Notes: generated by a model not told the origin, from the letters alone. 64,000 bases of DNA from Azolla caroliniana (GCA_043228905.1 JBHGNT010000018.1:9114001-9178000), one strand, 5' to 3'. Numbered from the stretch's first letter, positions 38,437 to 51,176 are shown. Numbers and translations are program-made.

Positions 38437-40290
38437 CTTCCTGCACGGGGTATGCACAGTCGAGTCTCCACTACTCGCCGGCTCTTCATCGGACTGGTCG
38501 AACCGACTCAATCGTCCATTCGATCCACTTAACCGAAACGAAATCGGACTCTCTTCGCGGGTCCCGATTTCAGGCTCATCTGGAGGCATCTCAGCCTCGT
38601 TGACCTCATCATCAGAACTCGGATTGGAGGCGAGATCCGGAGTCGGAGGCAAGTACCAGGACACGGACTCATCAAACACAACGTCGCGGCTCACGCGCGC
38701 TTGTTTGGTGCGTGGGTTATAACACTTATAACCCTTCTGCTCGTCTGAGTAACCGACCAAGATACATTTCTCAGCCTTTGCATCCAGCTTCCTCCATTTC
38801 TCCTTCGGCACATGCACATACGCAATGCTACCGAAAACTCGTAAGTGTCGCAAGTTCGACTTCCTTCCGAAATACATCTCGTGCGCCGACACTTTTTCTC
38901 CGATCCGATTCTGGATGTATACCGCAGTCCTTACCGCCTCGGCCCAGTAGAACTTGGGCAAGCTCTTCTCCTCCAGCATTTCCCATGCCGCTTCCAGAAC
39001 CAACCGATTTTTCCTCTCGGCCACGTCGTTTTGCTCTAGCGTGTATCTACAACTGAATTCGCGCTGAATTCCCATCTGTTGTAGATAACCGTTGAACTGA
39101 CCGGAAAAGTATTCTTTTCCGCCATCCGACCGCAAGCACTTGATCTTTCTTCCTGTTTCCGTTTCCACGAACCCTTTGAGGTCCCGGAAATAGTCAAAGA
39201 CTTCGCTCTTCCTCTCAATGAGGTAGATCCAGGTGTGCCGCGTGTAATCGTCGATGAAGGAGACGAAATATCGGCTCCCGCCAAGACTAACGTTTTGTGG
39301 CGACCCCCACACATCGAAGTGTATCAAGTCGAGCTTGTTCCGGCTCCAGTTAAGCTCGTTGGGGAAAGGAAGTCGATGTTGCTTCCCAAGTTGGCAGGCT
39401 TCACAAATTTGTGCCTTCCGGCCACTAAATTTGGGCAATCCGAACACCACTTGTTTCGATAGCAGGTCTTGAAGCCGCTGGTAGTTGACGTGGCCTATCC
39501 GCTTGTGCCATAAGTCGATGTCCGACTCGACTTTTTGTCCCTTCGCGAACATTGCAATGCCACCGTCAGTAGAGTCGAGGATGAACATCCTCCCATCTCT
39601 GCGCCCTTGCGCAATAACACGGCCTTCTTCCTCAATGAAGCACCCGAGGTGTGTAAACTGGACCTCCATCCCTTGGTCAACGATCTGTCTGACCGACACC
39701 AAGTTCTTCGTGATTGTCGGAACGTGTAGCACGTTCATGAGTTTCCCTTTCTGCCCAACATGGCTCAGGGGAACTTCACCGACATTCGTGATCAGATGCA
39801 GAGTGTCGTCTTCAGTTGTGACTACTCCCGGTTGCATCGGTTTCTCAAGGTATGAGAACTACTCCTTGTGGCACGTCATGTGGTTTGACGCGCCGGAGTC
39901 GACATACCACACCTCGTCCGATTTCGGGGCGGACTTCTTCATCGAGTTCGCTTCATGTCTCGTCACGAAGACTGACCCTTTTCCGGCTTCTCCGGATCCT
40001 TTGGCGTAGTGTGATCATTGCCGATTTCCTTTGTCAACGTGTCCGGAACCTATTCCGGACCTGGTTCTCTCCGAATCGGCGTGCTTTTTCCAGCACTCGC
40101 TCTCCTTGTGGCCTTTCTTGCCACAATACCAGCATTTCGCGGCGGATTTCCCTTGTCGGTTCTTGTCGCCTCGACTCCCCCTGTTTCCGAAGGGTCCGGA
40201 ATTGCTGTCAGCATCACTTTGGTGCCTTCTTCCTTGATCCCGTCGGCTGCCTCCATTGCGTACCGATCCGCCTCGTCCTCCACGCCCATG
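38437..40290 (-). mobile_element. Copia fragment: gag knuckle, PR, GAG-pre-integrase and integrase (469-aa ORF 38428-39837)
   Basis: CWYCGKKGHKESEC; WYVDSGASNHMT; LWHKRIGH...CEACQLGK; IHFDVWG; KCLRSDGG; AERKNR; KCILVGY. Both ends are truncated. Confidence 0.92.
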
Positions 40291-40879
40291 GGGCCTCGTC
40301 CTTTTATACAAGCCCTGACAATGGGTTGACACAAGTACTGACAGTACTTGACTGCTCATAAATGAGCCTTGACACTTACTCCCAAAACTATTCCTTACGA
40401 GGAATATCTTTCAAACAGCCTTGCGGTTTACGCACCGCTATGACCATGTTATGCGTACCAATTTTACGCACCCAGTCTACGCACTGGTTACGTATCGTAT
40501 TATGCACAAATGTTGAGCTTGTCTCTCAAAAATTACAAAGCCATATATATGTTGGTTTGAATTTAAAAACATTGGTTCATGTGGCACCCATATTTAATAT
40601 AGAACTTCTCAATCATTGGTTCATTCATGCCCACCATTTTAAATATAAGCCTTTTCAATCATTGGTTCATTCATGGCCACCATCTTTAATACAAAACATT
40701 AGAGAGTCATAAAAATGTTGTTGTGAGTATTCAATCATTGGTTCAATCATGAACTTTATATTTAATAATGCACATTAGAGAGTCATAAATATTTTGCTTA
40801 GACTATTCAATCATTATTTTATTCATGACCTTCAAAGGCAATAAAAAATATAAAATAATCATTAATATAAAATATAGAA

Positions 40880-41120
40880 GAATCGAGTTTTTGTTTAAAT
40901 CCGCGACTTTATACAGGAACTGGATACAACGTATCGAGTTCCTGTTTAAAGTGAGAGTTTTATACAGGAACTGGATACAACGTATCGAGTTCCTGTTTAA
41001 AGTGAGAGTTTTATACAGGAACTATATACAACGTATCGAGTTCCTGTTTAAAGTGAGAGTTTTATACAGGAACTATATACAACGTATCGAGTTCCTGTAT
41101 AAAACACTCTTTTTAAACAG
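40880..41120. repeat. Tandem repeat, 51-bp unit, about 4.5 copies
   Basis: Near-identical units ATCGAGTTCCTGTTTAAAGTGAGAGTTTTATACAGGAACTGGATACAACGT, each with an internal inverted repeat AGTTCCTGT/ACAGGAACT. Confidence 0.92.
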
Positions 41121-42941
41121 GAAGATTGTGTGTGGGGGGGAACTTATTGATATATGTGTGAAAATATACCAATTTGATGTCCGATTCAGACATTTTTAGC
41201 AAAATAATAGAAAATAAGAAACGAATTACATTTATGATACCAATGTGACCATACCTTGGCACCAAAATCAAACCAATCGTAATAAAATTCTCAACAATAT
41301 GGGATATATGAAATCAATATGACCATACCTACCCTCCAATATGATACATATCATTGTAAAATTATGAAGATATATAATTTTCCAAGTTGAATAGCCCTTA
41401 CTAAATTTAAATTCACAATAAAGGTCTATCATGTTCATAGAAAATATGATTGAAATTTAGAGTTTAGTAGAAGTCGCTTGCTAGTTTTTGTCTTAGTCTA
41501 CTTATGTGTATTTTAATAGGTAACCTAAATCTAGGGAACCAACTAACTTATATTTTTGCACGTCCTTTCTTAAATAGGTCGTTTGAGAACTTGTCGGACC
41601 GACTTGTGAAGAAAATCAAGCTTCGATATCAAGGCTCTCCAGTGGAGACCCAGAAACAAATAGTTCCTCAGAACATGAAGAGAGGAAAAAAGCTTCTCTT
41701 CAATGAGGAGACAAAATCTCAACCATTCGACGAAGTTAGCCAAAAGAAAATGTTACTTCTTGGTCATGATCTAACGGACAAGGAATGGTGTATGTAGTAC
41801 GTCGACTCTAAGAAAAAAGTTGTGCTGTATACGACAAAGAAGAAGGACGACGACCAGCTTGAAAAAGGCACTGCATTTATGTATGGCCGTATTTTATGAT
41901 TTGACTACAAAGATTTTGATTCAACCAACATTCTTTTAAAGATAGAGTGCTCGAAGGGGGTACGTTGTCGTGAAGATTTTCGGCAATAGTGTGAAAATCC
42001 CATAAAACGTACAAAATCGAGTATGAATCATGTAATACAATAATTGTGAAGATAACATTTTTAATATCTAAGTACAAAATGATGGAGGTTTCGAATGCAC
42101 TTTATTACACGAGAAATGGGCAACTAAATGTCAAGATATGAGGGTATAAAGTTTGTGAAAAGAAAAGAGAAATTTGTGAGATATCCCACATAGGCACGAC
42201 AAATACGGCTCTCATCATATATAAAGTGGAGCAAAAGATATTATCTTTGTGTCTATGTGTGGAGCATAGAGAGTTCAAGGTAACTTGAACTTAGAGTGGA
42301 GGTGGCTAGCTACTCGAAAAGGGTTTTGGCCAACCAAAACCGGACCGGCGATGGAGCCGGTGATCCGACGGCATCCGACGGCAATCCGGCGGCGGCATGC
42401 GGCACCGGCATCCGGCGAACTGGCGACTAGATAAAATAAATATATAAAAATATATACATATACAAGGAGGGCAAGTATGGATTCAAACCTTGCACCTCCA
42501 AGTTAGGAGTCAAATGGCTTACCATTAAGGCATAGTATTTAGTTGAAATTATATTTCTATCATTGTACTTTTACATGTAAATTCTCATCCATGAGTGCTA
42601 AAATGAGTGACATGGTTAGCATGCACCACATGTAATACTTAAGCGCCAAATGGCAAACATGCAATTTATGCATGTCTTGTACCCTCACATGCATCATATG
42701 CATGAGAGCATCTATAAAAGAGGGAAGGGGGAGGAGAAAAACACGGTTTTTTTTTATGAAAATTAAGAAGAAGAAATTCGTTATCAAATCAATCGTGTAA
42801 TTTCATCTTCTCTCTTTCCCAATCTATCTTAAGTACTTTCTCGCCAAAGCTTGTATCGACTCTAAATCCTTCTGGTCCAGAACCCCGGCGGTTCCGCCTC
42901 ACGATCCGCGCGTAGTGACGGATCTTCACGACATAATTAAG

Positions 42942-42959
42942 TGGTGAACCCGACGTGAA
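42942..42959 (+). promoter_or_regulatory. tRNA-Trp primer-binding site
   Basis: TGGTGAACCCGACGTGAA is complementary to the plant tRNA-Trp 3' end (...UUCACGUCGGGUUCACCA, from recall). It lies 8 nt after the LTR. Confidence 0.88.
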
Positions 42960-42994
42960 CGAGGCGGTAGGAAGGATCAAGTTGAGATTAATAC

Positions 42995-45183
42995 TTGGAG
43001 ATGGCGTCCTCAAGCAACCAAGCGGGAGAGCTCGAAAGGATGATGCTAATCGTCGAGCAAATGATGAGATCTCGGGACAACGACGCGAGCGTGGAGAAGG
43101 TTGTTGATCGTGTCGTAGAGCTCGAGGGCCAATTCGATGGAAGGAACGTTACGAAGTTCCTTGATGCATATAAGAGGGAGATGAATCAAAGGGACGTGTC
43201 CGAGGCACGTCAAATCGCAAGCTTCAAGAGAGTTGTCGCCAACAACATCCAAAGACGCGTCATCGAGCTTCAAGAAGGAAAAACAACATGGTCTGAGTTC
43301 GAGAAAACGATACTAGCGGAGTTCGTGACTGAAGACTCAACGAGGATGACTCGACATGCCCTGATGAAGTGGATAGAGAAGAAGAATAAGAAGATGAGCG
43401 TCTCGAGGGTGTACGACGAATTCGACCAGATGTTTAGTCGTCTCCCCAATACGGACCAAGTATTGCTTGAAGAGGACAAGACTTTGTACTTCTTGAAGGC
43501 CGTGGACATAAAGGATAGACGGGAGTTGGGGACTCTTCTCGAAGATGATACCCAAGCAAATGGGCTCGTAGCGGACTGGATCGCGGTGAAGCAGGCATGC
43601 AATAGGCTCGACAAGCGTCGCCAATGGGTTGATGACACCGACTTGACGGGACCGACTACCACGGAGAAAGCAAGACCGCCGAAAGTAGCTGAGCCGCCAA
43701 GACAAAGTAACGTGGAAGAAAAGAAGATTGATGACGACATCATTGAAGAGCTAGCGAAGAAGTTCGAGAAGGTCACTCTAGCCAACATGAATCGTCGGGC
43801 CCCTAAAGGAAAAGAACCCTTTAGATGCGTGTGGTGCGATAGCATGGACCACATGAGAAGGGATTGTGCGAGCCTTCGAGAGGCGATTCGACAAAATATC
43901 GTATACATAGAGGACAACATGATTTGCTCAAGCGAGACTAGAAGACCCCTACGGGTGAATTTTGGAAGAGGAGGAATGAAGAGATCTATGGAGGATGCCG
44001 ATGCGACTCATGTGGATGCGATGCACTATGCTGCGTCGGCCGGAATAAGAGTCGGGAAAGACAAGACTGAAGCTGCTAGAGCGGGAGCAAAGTTTTGGAC
44101 TTCCATTCTCGAATATGAGAAGAAGGGAAAAATCACATCGAACGAGGTAGAGCTTGCGGACCGAAGCGTGCAAAGCATTACCGGGTGGTCGGATCCGGTA
44201 GACGACAACACCATACTCGCAGAGGTGATGTGCGACAACCATGAGGTGTTCGTCGAAGAAAAGAGAAAGAGAATAGAAGAGCAAGGGCCATCAAAAAGAC
44301 ATGAAACAAGGAATGCGAAAAAGAAGGACGATGTGGAGACGAGTCGACCTTTACAAACGGAGGAACGAGAATCAAGCCGAAAAGGGGAGCCGAGCGTACG
44401 AGTTGAAGAAACGGTTCGGCCCGTGAAGGTTGGTGTCGAAGACCCCGCTCGGAGGACAAGGACCATACCTACCTATAAGCTAAGGTCGGACATAGAGCAA
44501 ACGACGGACCTAAAGAAGATTCTCGAAGAACGAGTTCTTGATAGCCATGTAACTTTGTCCTTGAGGGAATTGCTTGGCATTACGAAGAAGGAGTTCCATG
44601 ACACGATCGTGGACCTTGTAAAGAGAAAGAGACAACAATCGGACGAGGAAGAAGAGAAGCCGTAGAAAGCAAAAACGAATGCCATAACGATGGCAAGAGA
44701 CGAAATCGATGAAGATATGGTGGACCTCATTGGGCACGAGCGACAACGGAGACGCCGGTGAAGATCGGGGAGAAGAAAGAAACCGTGGTAGCCTTGATCG
44801 ACCACGGCTCGGAGATCAACCTCATGTCAACCGACTTCTACAAAAAGGGAAGATGGCCAATCAATACAAACCACGGATGGAAGATTTGCGCGGCAACAAA
44901 GTCTACGAAGGACTTGTACGGAGCTTGTCCCAATGTCAAAGTCACGATCGGGGATGTGGAGATGGATCAACACTTCTTCGTACAAGAATCGGCGTCGCAT
45001 CTTGTCATCCTAGGGCAACCTTATATCACATCATCTCGGATGGAGACCAAAGTGTTCGATAATGGAGCAGCCTTCACACGAATAAAGAGTCTTGACAACC
45101 AAAGATCGGTCCAATTCCTAACAGTGCGAGCCAATCATGAAAGGAATCGAGATAGTCTCGGAGGCGAATCCTTGGATTTTTAG
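42995..45183 (+). pseudogene. gag-PR of the Phygy-like element (stop at 44663 and frameshift before PR)
   Basis: FDGRNVTKFL; knuckle CVWCDSMDHMRRDC; PR HWARAT...ALIDHGSEIN...VILGQPY. Confidence 0.88.
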
Positions 45184-45236
45184 AGCGGACTATTGAAGCA
45201 TGGGGCACAAATAGTCCGAGCAATCACAAGACCCCA
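45174..45236 (+). promoter_or_regulatory. -1 ribosomal frameshift signal (G GAT TTT plus pseudoknot)
   Basis: Heptamer immediately before the PR stop. The pol frame is -1 and open from this point. Stems: CGGACTATT/AATAGTCCG and TGGGG/CCCCA. Confidence 0.75.
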
Positions 45237-45248
45237 CAAGAAAGAAGA

Positions 45249-48200
45249 ATGCGTGGATTGCAAGGAGAAGCAACATGTGTCACACCTAGTGGCGCATGTA
45301 AACTAGTACTACCCGACAAGAAGCACAAGCGCCGGATACAAGAATTCGGGAAGATGCTGAAAGAAGAGAACATAATAGAAGAAGGAGAGTTCGTGACTCA
45401 TATTATGGAAGAAGCCTCATTTAACGACACCATCGGCGAAATCGAGGACGTCGTGGACTTGAGCTATCTTCACAACCAACGTGTGATTTCGGTTAACTCC
45501 GTCAACATGTACGCTATCATCGATGAATACCGTCGTGGCATCTCGATGAATGAAGCTGTCATCAACACGAAATATAAAACAGTGGATAAGAAGATCAAGC
45601 CAGTTGCGGTTCCGCTACCGGAAGATAGATGGCAAAAGATGAAGGAAGTCGCTAACGATCCAAGCTTAAGAGATCCGAAGAAGATAGGTCATGACTTCAC
45701 CAAAGAGACGAAGGGGAAGCTACGAGTTGGAAAGGAGGAAATCCTTCTCCCTGAAGAGGAGCGAATGTTTCGCGATATGCTTGAGAGACATGGGAAGGAT
45801 TTCGCATTCTTCCCACGAGAAATCGGATGCGCCGACCCAAAGGTTATAGAGCCAATGGTGATCTTCACGGTGCCTCATGTGCCTTGGAATTTGAAACCGA
45901 TACCGGTTCCGAGAGCACACCTTCCGAAGCTGATCGAGCTCTTAAAGGAGAAGGTGAGTATGGGAATTCTAGAACCGTCGAATGCTCCTTATTCCAATAG
46001 GTGGTTCACGGTGCCGAAGAAGAATGGATCATTGCGATTCATCCAAGATCTTCAACCCGTCAACAAGGTGACAATTCGAAATGCCGGAATCGGTCCGAGC
46101 GTGGACGAATTTGCCGAAGTGTTTGCGGGCCGGTCCATCTACTCCATTGGAAATCTCTACTCCGGATATGACCAATTCCAATTGGCGATTGATAGTCGGG
46201 ACATTACAACCATGAGGACTCCGATCGGGCTTGTGCGGATGTGTACCTTACCCCAAGGCGCAACGAACTCGGTGGCTCATATGGTGAATGCCATGAATAA
46301 AGTCTTGAAGGATTGCATTCCGGACATCACGATGCCATTCTTGGATGATATTCCGATAAAAGGATGTTCAGATGAGGAGAAAGATGAATCGAAAGATAAG
46401 GAAGGTTGTAGAAAGTTCGTTGCGGATCATATGAAAGATTGCGAGAAGGTGCTTCAAAGGCTAGAAGATGCGAATTTGACATTTTCGGGAGAAAAATCCG
46501 CATTCGGGCAACCGGAGATCTTGGTGGTAAGTCACTTGTGTGGAGCATACGGCCGAAAGCCCTCGCCATCCAAAGTGAACGCAATCCAACACATGAAAGA
46601 AGAACGCGAAAACCAAACGGAGGTTCGAAGGTTCCTTGGAGCGTGCACGTTTTATCATATATGGATTCCTCACTACGCTCATGTCGCCGAACCGTTATAT
46701 GGACTACTAAAGAAAAGAATAAAGTTCGAGTGGCGAGACGAGCACACAGAGGCGATGCGAAGATTAAAGAAACTGCTTCTTGAAGCTCCGGCACTAAGGA
46801 AGGCCGACTATGCTGAAGGGAAACCAATTTACGTGACCGTAGATACGAGCCCAACCGGAATCGGGTGGGTCATCAATCAAGAAGGTGAAGATAATGCGCG
46901 ATATGCCGTCCGGTTCGGAGCAAAGGTTCTCAGCGAACGGCAACAAATATATGCCCAAGTCAAGCGGGAACTTTGGGGTATTGTGTCGGTAGTGAAGACG
47001 GACAAAGATTACCTGATCGGGTCAGAAGTGATAATAGAGACAGATTGTCTCCCAATTCTCGGAATGGTCTCGGGATGTGAGACCCCAGATCTTGCTATGC
47101 TAAGGTGGATCGCCTACATCAAGTCTTTAAACCCAGAGATCCGTCACATCGCAGGGAAGAAGAACGCCATGGCTGACATGCTGTCGAGGGCAAGATTTTC
47201 AAATGGAAGTAACATGGTTTCGGAAGATGAAGATGTCGCCCTCGACTTCTTCAAGATGGCTCGATTGTCGGCGGAAGACCAGGACACGCAAACCCTCCAC
47301 GCCTTCAACGAGAACGAGTACGAAGGAGAATGGTTACTCATCGGTAGATTCCTAAGAACATTGACGACAGATGCTTCGTTGACAAAGGAGGAGGCCCTAC
47401 GAATCCGAAAGAAAGCTTACCGATACTTCTTGAAGGGAGGATTCCTTTGGCGACATCCAAAAAGAAGGACAGGAATACCACGTCGAGTGGTGGTAAAGAA
47501 AGAAGAGCAAGAGACGCTGATGACCGAATTCCACGAGAGTGCTTGGGCAGGTCATAGAGGAACATGGGCGACGTTCGAAAAGTTGAAGGAGAAGTACTGG
47601 TGGCCAAGCATGTACAAAGATGTACTCCATTTCGTGTCCACATGCGAAACTTGCCAAGTATATTCAAATATACGTCATCGTGATGAGTTAAAGCCGACAT
47701 ACCCACTCACCATTCCCTTCAAATGGATGGTGCATCTGGTCTCGATGCCAATGGGAGTGGGACAAATGAAGTACTTAGTGCTCACAAGGGAAGACTTGAC
47801 AAATCAAGTGGAAGGACGAGCCTTGACAAATAAGACGACTTCAGCCGTTTGTAAATTTTTACTTGAAGATGTTGTTTGCCGATATGGATGTGTAGGGAAG
47901 ATAGTGGCCGACCGAGGGGAGTTGGACGCGCACGAAGCGACGGAGCTCTTCGAAAGACTAGGCGTGAAGCTCTCCCTCACGACTGCCTACAATCCGGAAG
48001 CAAATGGGAAGATCGAGCGAGGACATGGACCTATCATTAAAGCCATCGTACGGGCATGCAACGGTCGAGTCGGGAATTGGCCATGACACATAGCTCGGTG
48101 ACACGGTATATGCCGACGGAGCTTATGTATGGACAAAAGCCGATTATGCCCATCGAAAGGACGATCGCCTCATGGGTAGCGATACCGTGGGAGAACGAGA

Positions 48201-48634
48201 TGAGCCGAGAAGAGTTATTAGCGGCGCGGATAAGGCAACTTGAAAGAAGACCTGAAGATTTAGAAAAAGCGCGAAAGATGATGAAGGCAACCCGAGTAAA
48301 GAACAAAGTTCGGTTCGACAACACGCATCGACTTCGTCCCAAGAAGATTGAAGAAGGGGATTGGGTTTTGGTCTACGACAGCACCCTTGACAATCAACAT
48401 AGTACAACAAGGAAGTTCGCAAGAAGATGGTTCGGGCTGTATGTGGTGACAAGTGCCAACGATAATGCTACATACCACCTTGCGGAACTAGACGGATCAA
48501 GGTTGGTCGTACCCATTGCGGGAAAAAGAGTAAAGCTTTTCAAGAAAAGACAAGACAAGGATCCTGACCTCGATTACCTCGACGATGAACATAATAGGCC
48601 GGATGAAAATGAAGACATGGAGGAATCTAATTGA
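45249..48634 (+). CDS. pol (RT-RNase H-integrase), 945-aa ORF plus frameshifted C-terminal piece
   Basis: YSNRWFTVPKKNGSLRFIQDL, LPQGATNS, FLDD, VDTS, FHE...GH...CETC, ADRG, NGKIERGH. A small deletion near 48082 shifts the frame. Confidence 0.92.
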
Positions 48635-49998
48635 TCATCGTAGCCGAAATCTCACTTCTTCTCTTCTTGGCACGTACCGGAGGACGTGCGGTTTGGTGGG
48701 GGTGGATGTCGTGAAGATTTTCGGCAATAGTGTGAAAATCCCATAAAACGTACAAAATCGAGTATGAATCATGTAATACAATAATTGTGAAGATAACATT
48801 TTTAATATCTAAGTACAAAATGATGGAGGTTTCGAATGCACTTTATTACACGAGAAATGGACAACTAAATGTCAAGATATGAGGGTATAAAGTTTGTGAA
48901 AAGAAAAGAGAAATTTGTGAGATATCCCACATAGGCACGACAAATACGGCTCTCATCAAATATAAGGTGGAGCAAAAGATATTATCTTTGTGTCTATGTG
49001 TGGAGCATAGAGAGTTCAAGGTAACTTGAACTTAGAGTGGAGGTGGCTAGCTACTCGAAAAGGGTTTTGGCCAACCAAAACCGGACCGGCGATGGAACCG
49101 GTGATCCGACCGCAATCCGGCGGCGGCATGCGGCACCGGTATCCGGCGTCGGCATCGGCATCCGGCGTCGGCATCCGGCGAACTGGCGACTAGATAAAAT
49201 AAATATATAAAAATATATACATATACAAGGAGGGCAAGTATGGATTCGAACCTTGCACCTCCAAGTTAGGAGTCAAATGGCTTACCATTAAGGCATAGTA
49301 TTTAGTTGAAATTATATTTCTATCATTGTACTTTTACATGTAAATTCTCATCCATGAGTGCTAAAATGAGTGACATGGTTAGCATGCACCACATGTAATA
49401 CTTAAGCGCCAAATGGCAAACATGCAATTTATGCATGTCTTGTACCCTCACATGCATCATATGCATGAGAGCATCTATAAAAGAGGGAAGGGGAGGAGAA
49501 AAACACGGTTTTTTTTTATGAAAATTAAGAAGAAGAAATTCGTTATCAAATCAATCGTGTAATTTCATCTTCTCTCTTTCCCAATCTATCTTAAGTACTT
49601 TCTCGCCAAAGCTTGTATCGACTCTAAATCCTTCTGGTCTAGAACCCCGGCGGTTCCGCCTCACGATCTGCGCGTAGTGACGGATCTTCACGACAACGTA
49701 AAGTGTACCTTTCTGAAGATCGACTACTAAAGGAATCTTGTGGGCTAGAATCTTTTAAAAAAGATCTACAAAACTCACAAAATCTTATTGTCACCTTGAC
49801 GCCATATATACAAGGCCATGTAACTCTAAGGGAGCCCTCTCCCTCCTCGATGAAAGACCAGCAAAAAAGAAGACCACGAAAATGTCAGACTCTGACTCAT
49901 CAAGCTCAACCGAATATGAGGACACTAGGGGGACGCTTAGTGTTGAGCTGGCATCTGGTGTGTTTTCATCCGAGTAGACTAAGATTTGGAGAGAGTTA

Positions 49999-50840
49999 AT
50001 GCAACGCAAACTGGTGAGAAAAGGGCAAGTGTTTAATTTGCCTATAACACACATCCATCGGCCCCTAGTAGATGTGAAAATAGGACGAAGACCACTTGAG
50101 ATCAAAGAGCCACACCGAATGCATGTTCAGAATCTCAAGAAAAAAATGAAAATAAATCCACATACTACAGTTGTGCCTTTCATTGTGATGCTAGATCCCG
50201 AAGAATGTTCCACAACTGACGACTTCGATGTGAGAAAGCATGATCAATACAATTACTTTGTAATTGGTGGATCACATTCGGCTGAAGCACGCCAACAACT
50301 TGTTGGAGAGCACCCAAAGAGTTTCTTCTTCAAGTATGCCGAGTGCAAAATATACGTGGGCCTCACAACTGAAGAGGCAAAGCATTTGGCATGGGACCAC
50401 AACAACGACAACAACTATAGGCAGAAAATGTCATCTATTGAACAAATAAGGTTCTTCCACCATGAATACCTGGACGTCAAACAAAAGTTTGATGTGAAGC
50501 TACACCCCGGTCTATGACGTCAATGCCTTCATGAGGTCGGCATTGTGGTGGATGATAATGTTAAGTCAGATGGTCTTCGGAAATATGAGTCCTGATTTCA
50601 ACTTGCCTTTAGAGATGGAGAAGTATGGGACCTACAAGATCAAATCTTCTCAATGTGGGAGAATAAGGAGGTCAAGGGTCAATGACAAAAGAAATGTAAG
50701 GTAGACTCTCAACTAGAATTAAAACACAAGTTTCCAAGAAAATTGATTTGACAATTGAAGAAGCGGTTGACGACATGAAGCTCTCTCTGTGGAGAGTGAT
50801 GCAAGGTATTAAGGAGGAGCAACTTCTTGTGTCTGTTTTG
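49999..50840 (+). pseudogene. Decayed ORF with ParB/sulfiredoxin-like motif (host of the Phygy insertion; upstream part about 41570-41965 and 49700-49998)
   Basis: RPLEIKEP...HVQNLKKKM...VPFIVM...YFVIGGSHSAEA...IYVGLTTEEA...LAWDHN resembles a ParB-N-like fold. The frame continues through stops until it is cut at 50840. Confidence 0.5.
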
Positions 50841-51176
50841 TGATATGTTAGTGTAATGGTAAGGCTTTACATTATTAACATGGAGGTACAGGGTTTGAAT
50901 CCTGCCCTATGCATGTAACAATCTTTTCTTTTATTTACAACTTTGTCTCTTCATCCGGCTCTTGCCGGGTCTGCTTCATCCGGTTCTCACCGGTTTTCTA
51001 TATCCGATTCTTACCGGGTCCTCCTTACCGATCCTCTTCGTCTGGTTCTTACCGGTTCTCCTTACCGAGTCCGGTCCTTACCGGTTCCTCCTTCTGATTC
51101 TCACCGGGTACTCCATGTCCTATCTGGAAAGACCAAAAAATAATTTTTCACGTAGTGTGCGAATTACACTACGACA
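50841..51176 (-). repeat. Truncated Phygy-like LTR inserted in copia RT
   Basis: The minus strand starts TGTCGT directly after TFLHG (flank ACGG). CCGG-rich repeats are followed by a tRNA-like block homologous to the one in the 41966 LTR. Confidence 0.65.

Larger units (their letters stand above)
41966..49695 (+). mobile_element. Full-length Phygy-like (non-chromovirus) gypsy retrotransposon, 4-bp TSD ACGT
   Basis: LTRs at 41966-42933 and 48707-49695 are nearly identical. TSD at 41962-41965 and 49696-49699; tRNA-Trp PBS; PPT GGTGGGGGTGGA at 48695-48706; gag-PR-RT-RH-INT. Confidence 0.96.

Noticed and set aside
40880-41120. 124-aa repetitive ORF (RIEFLFKVRVLYRN) or possible CRISPR
   Set aside because: A by-product of a 51-bp (17-codon) tandem repeat with no unique spacers.
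44663-44665. Programmed stop-codon readthrough after gag
   Set aside because: No CARYYA-type context, and a further frameshift follows. Mutational decay is simpler.
49228-49298. Functional tRNA gene
   Set aside because: A and B boxes are present, but acceptor and anticodon stems do not pair convincingly. It is reported only as a tRNA-like module.
51143-51173. CACTACG/CGTAGTG motifs suggesting CACTA termini
   Set aside because: No partner TIR or 3-bp TSD. Better explained as a short hairpin at the start of a TGTCGT-type LTR.
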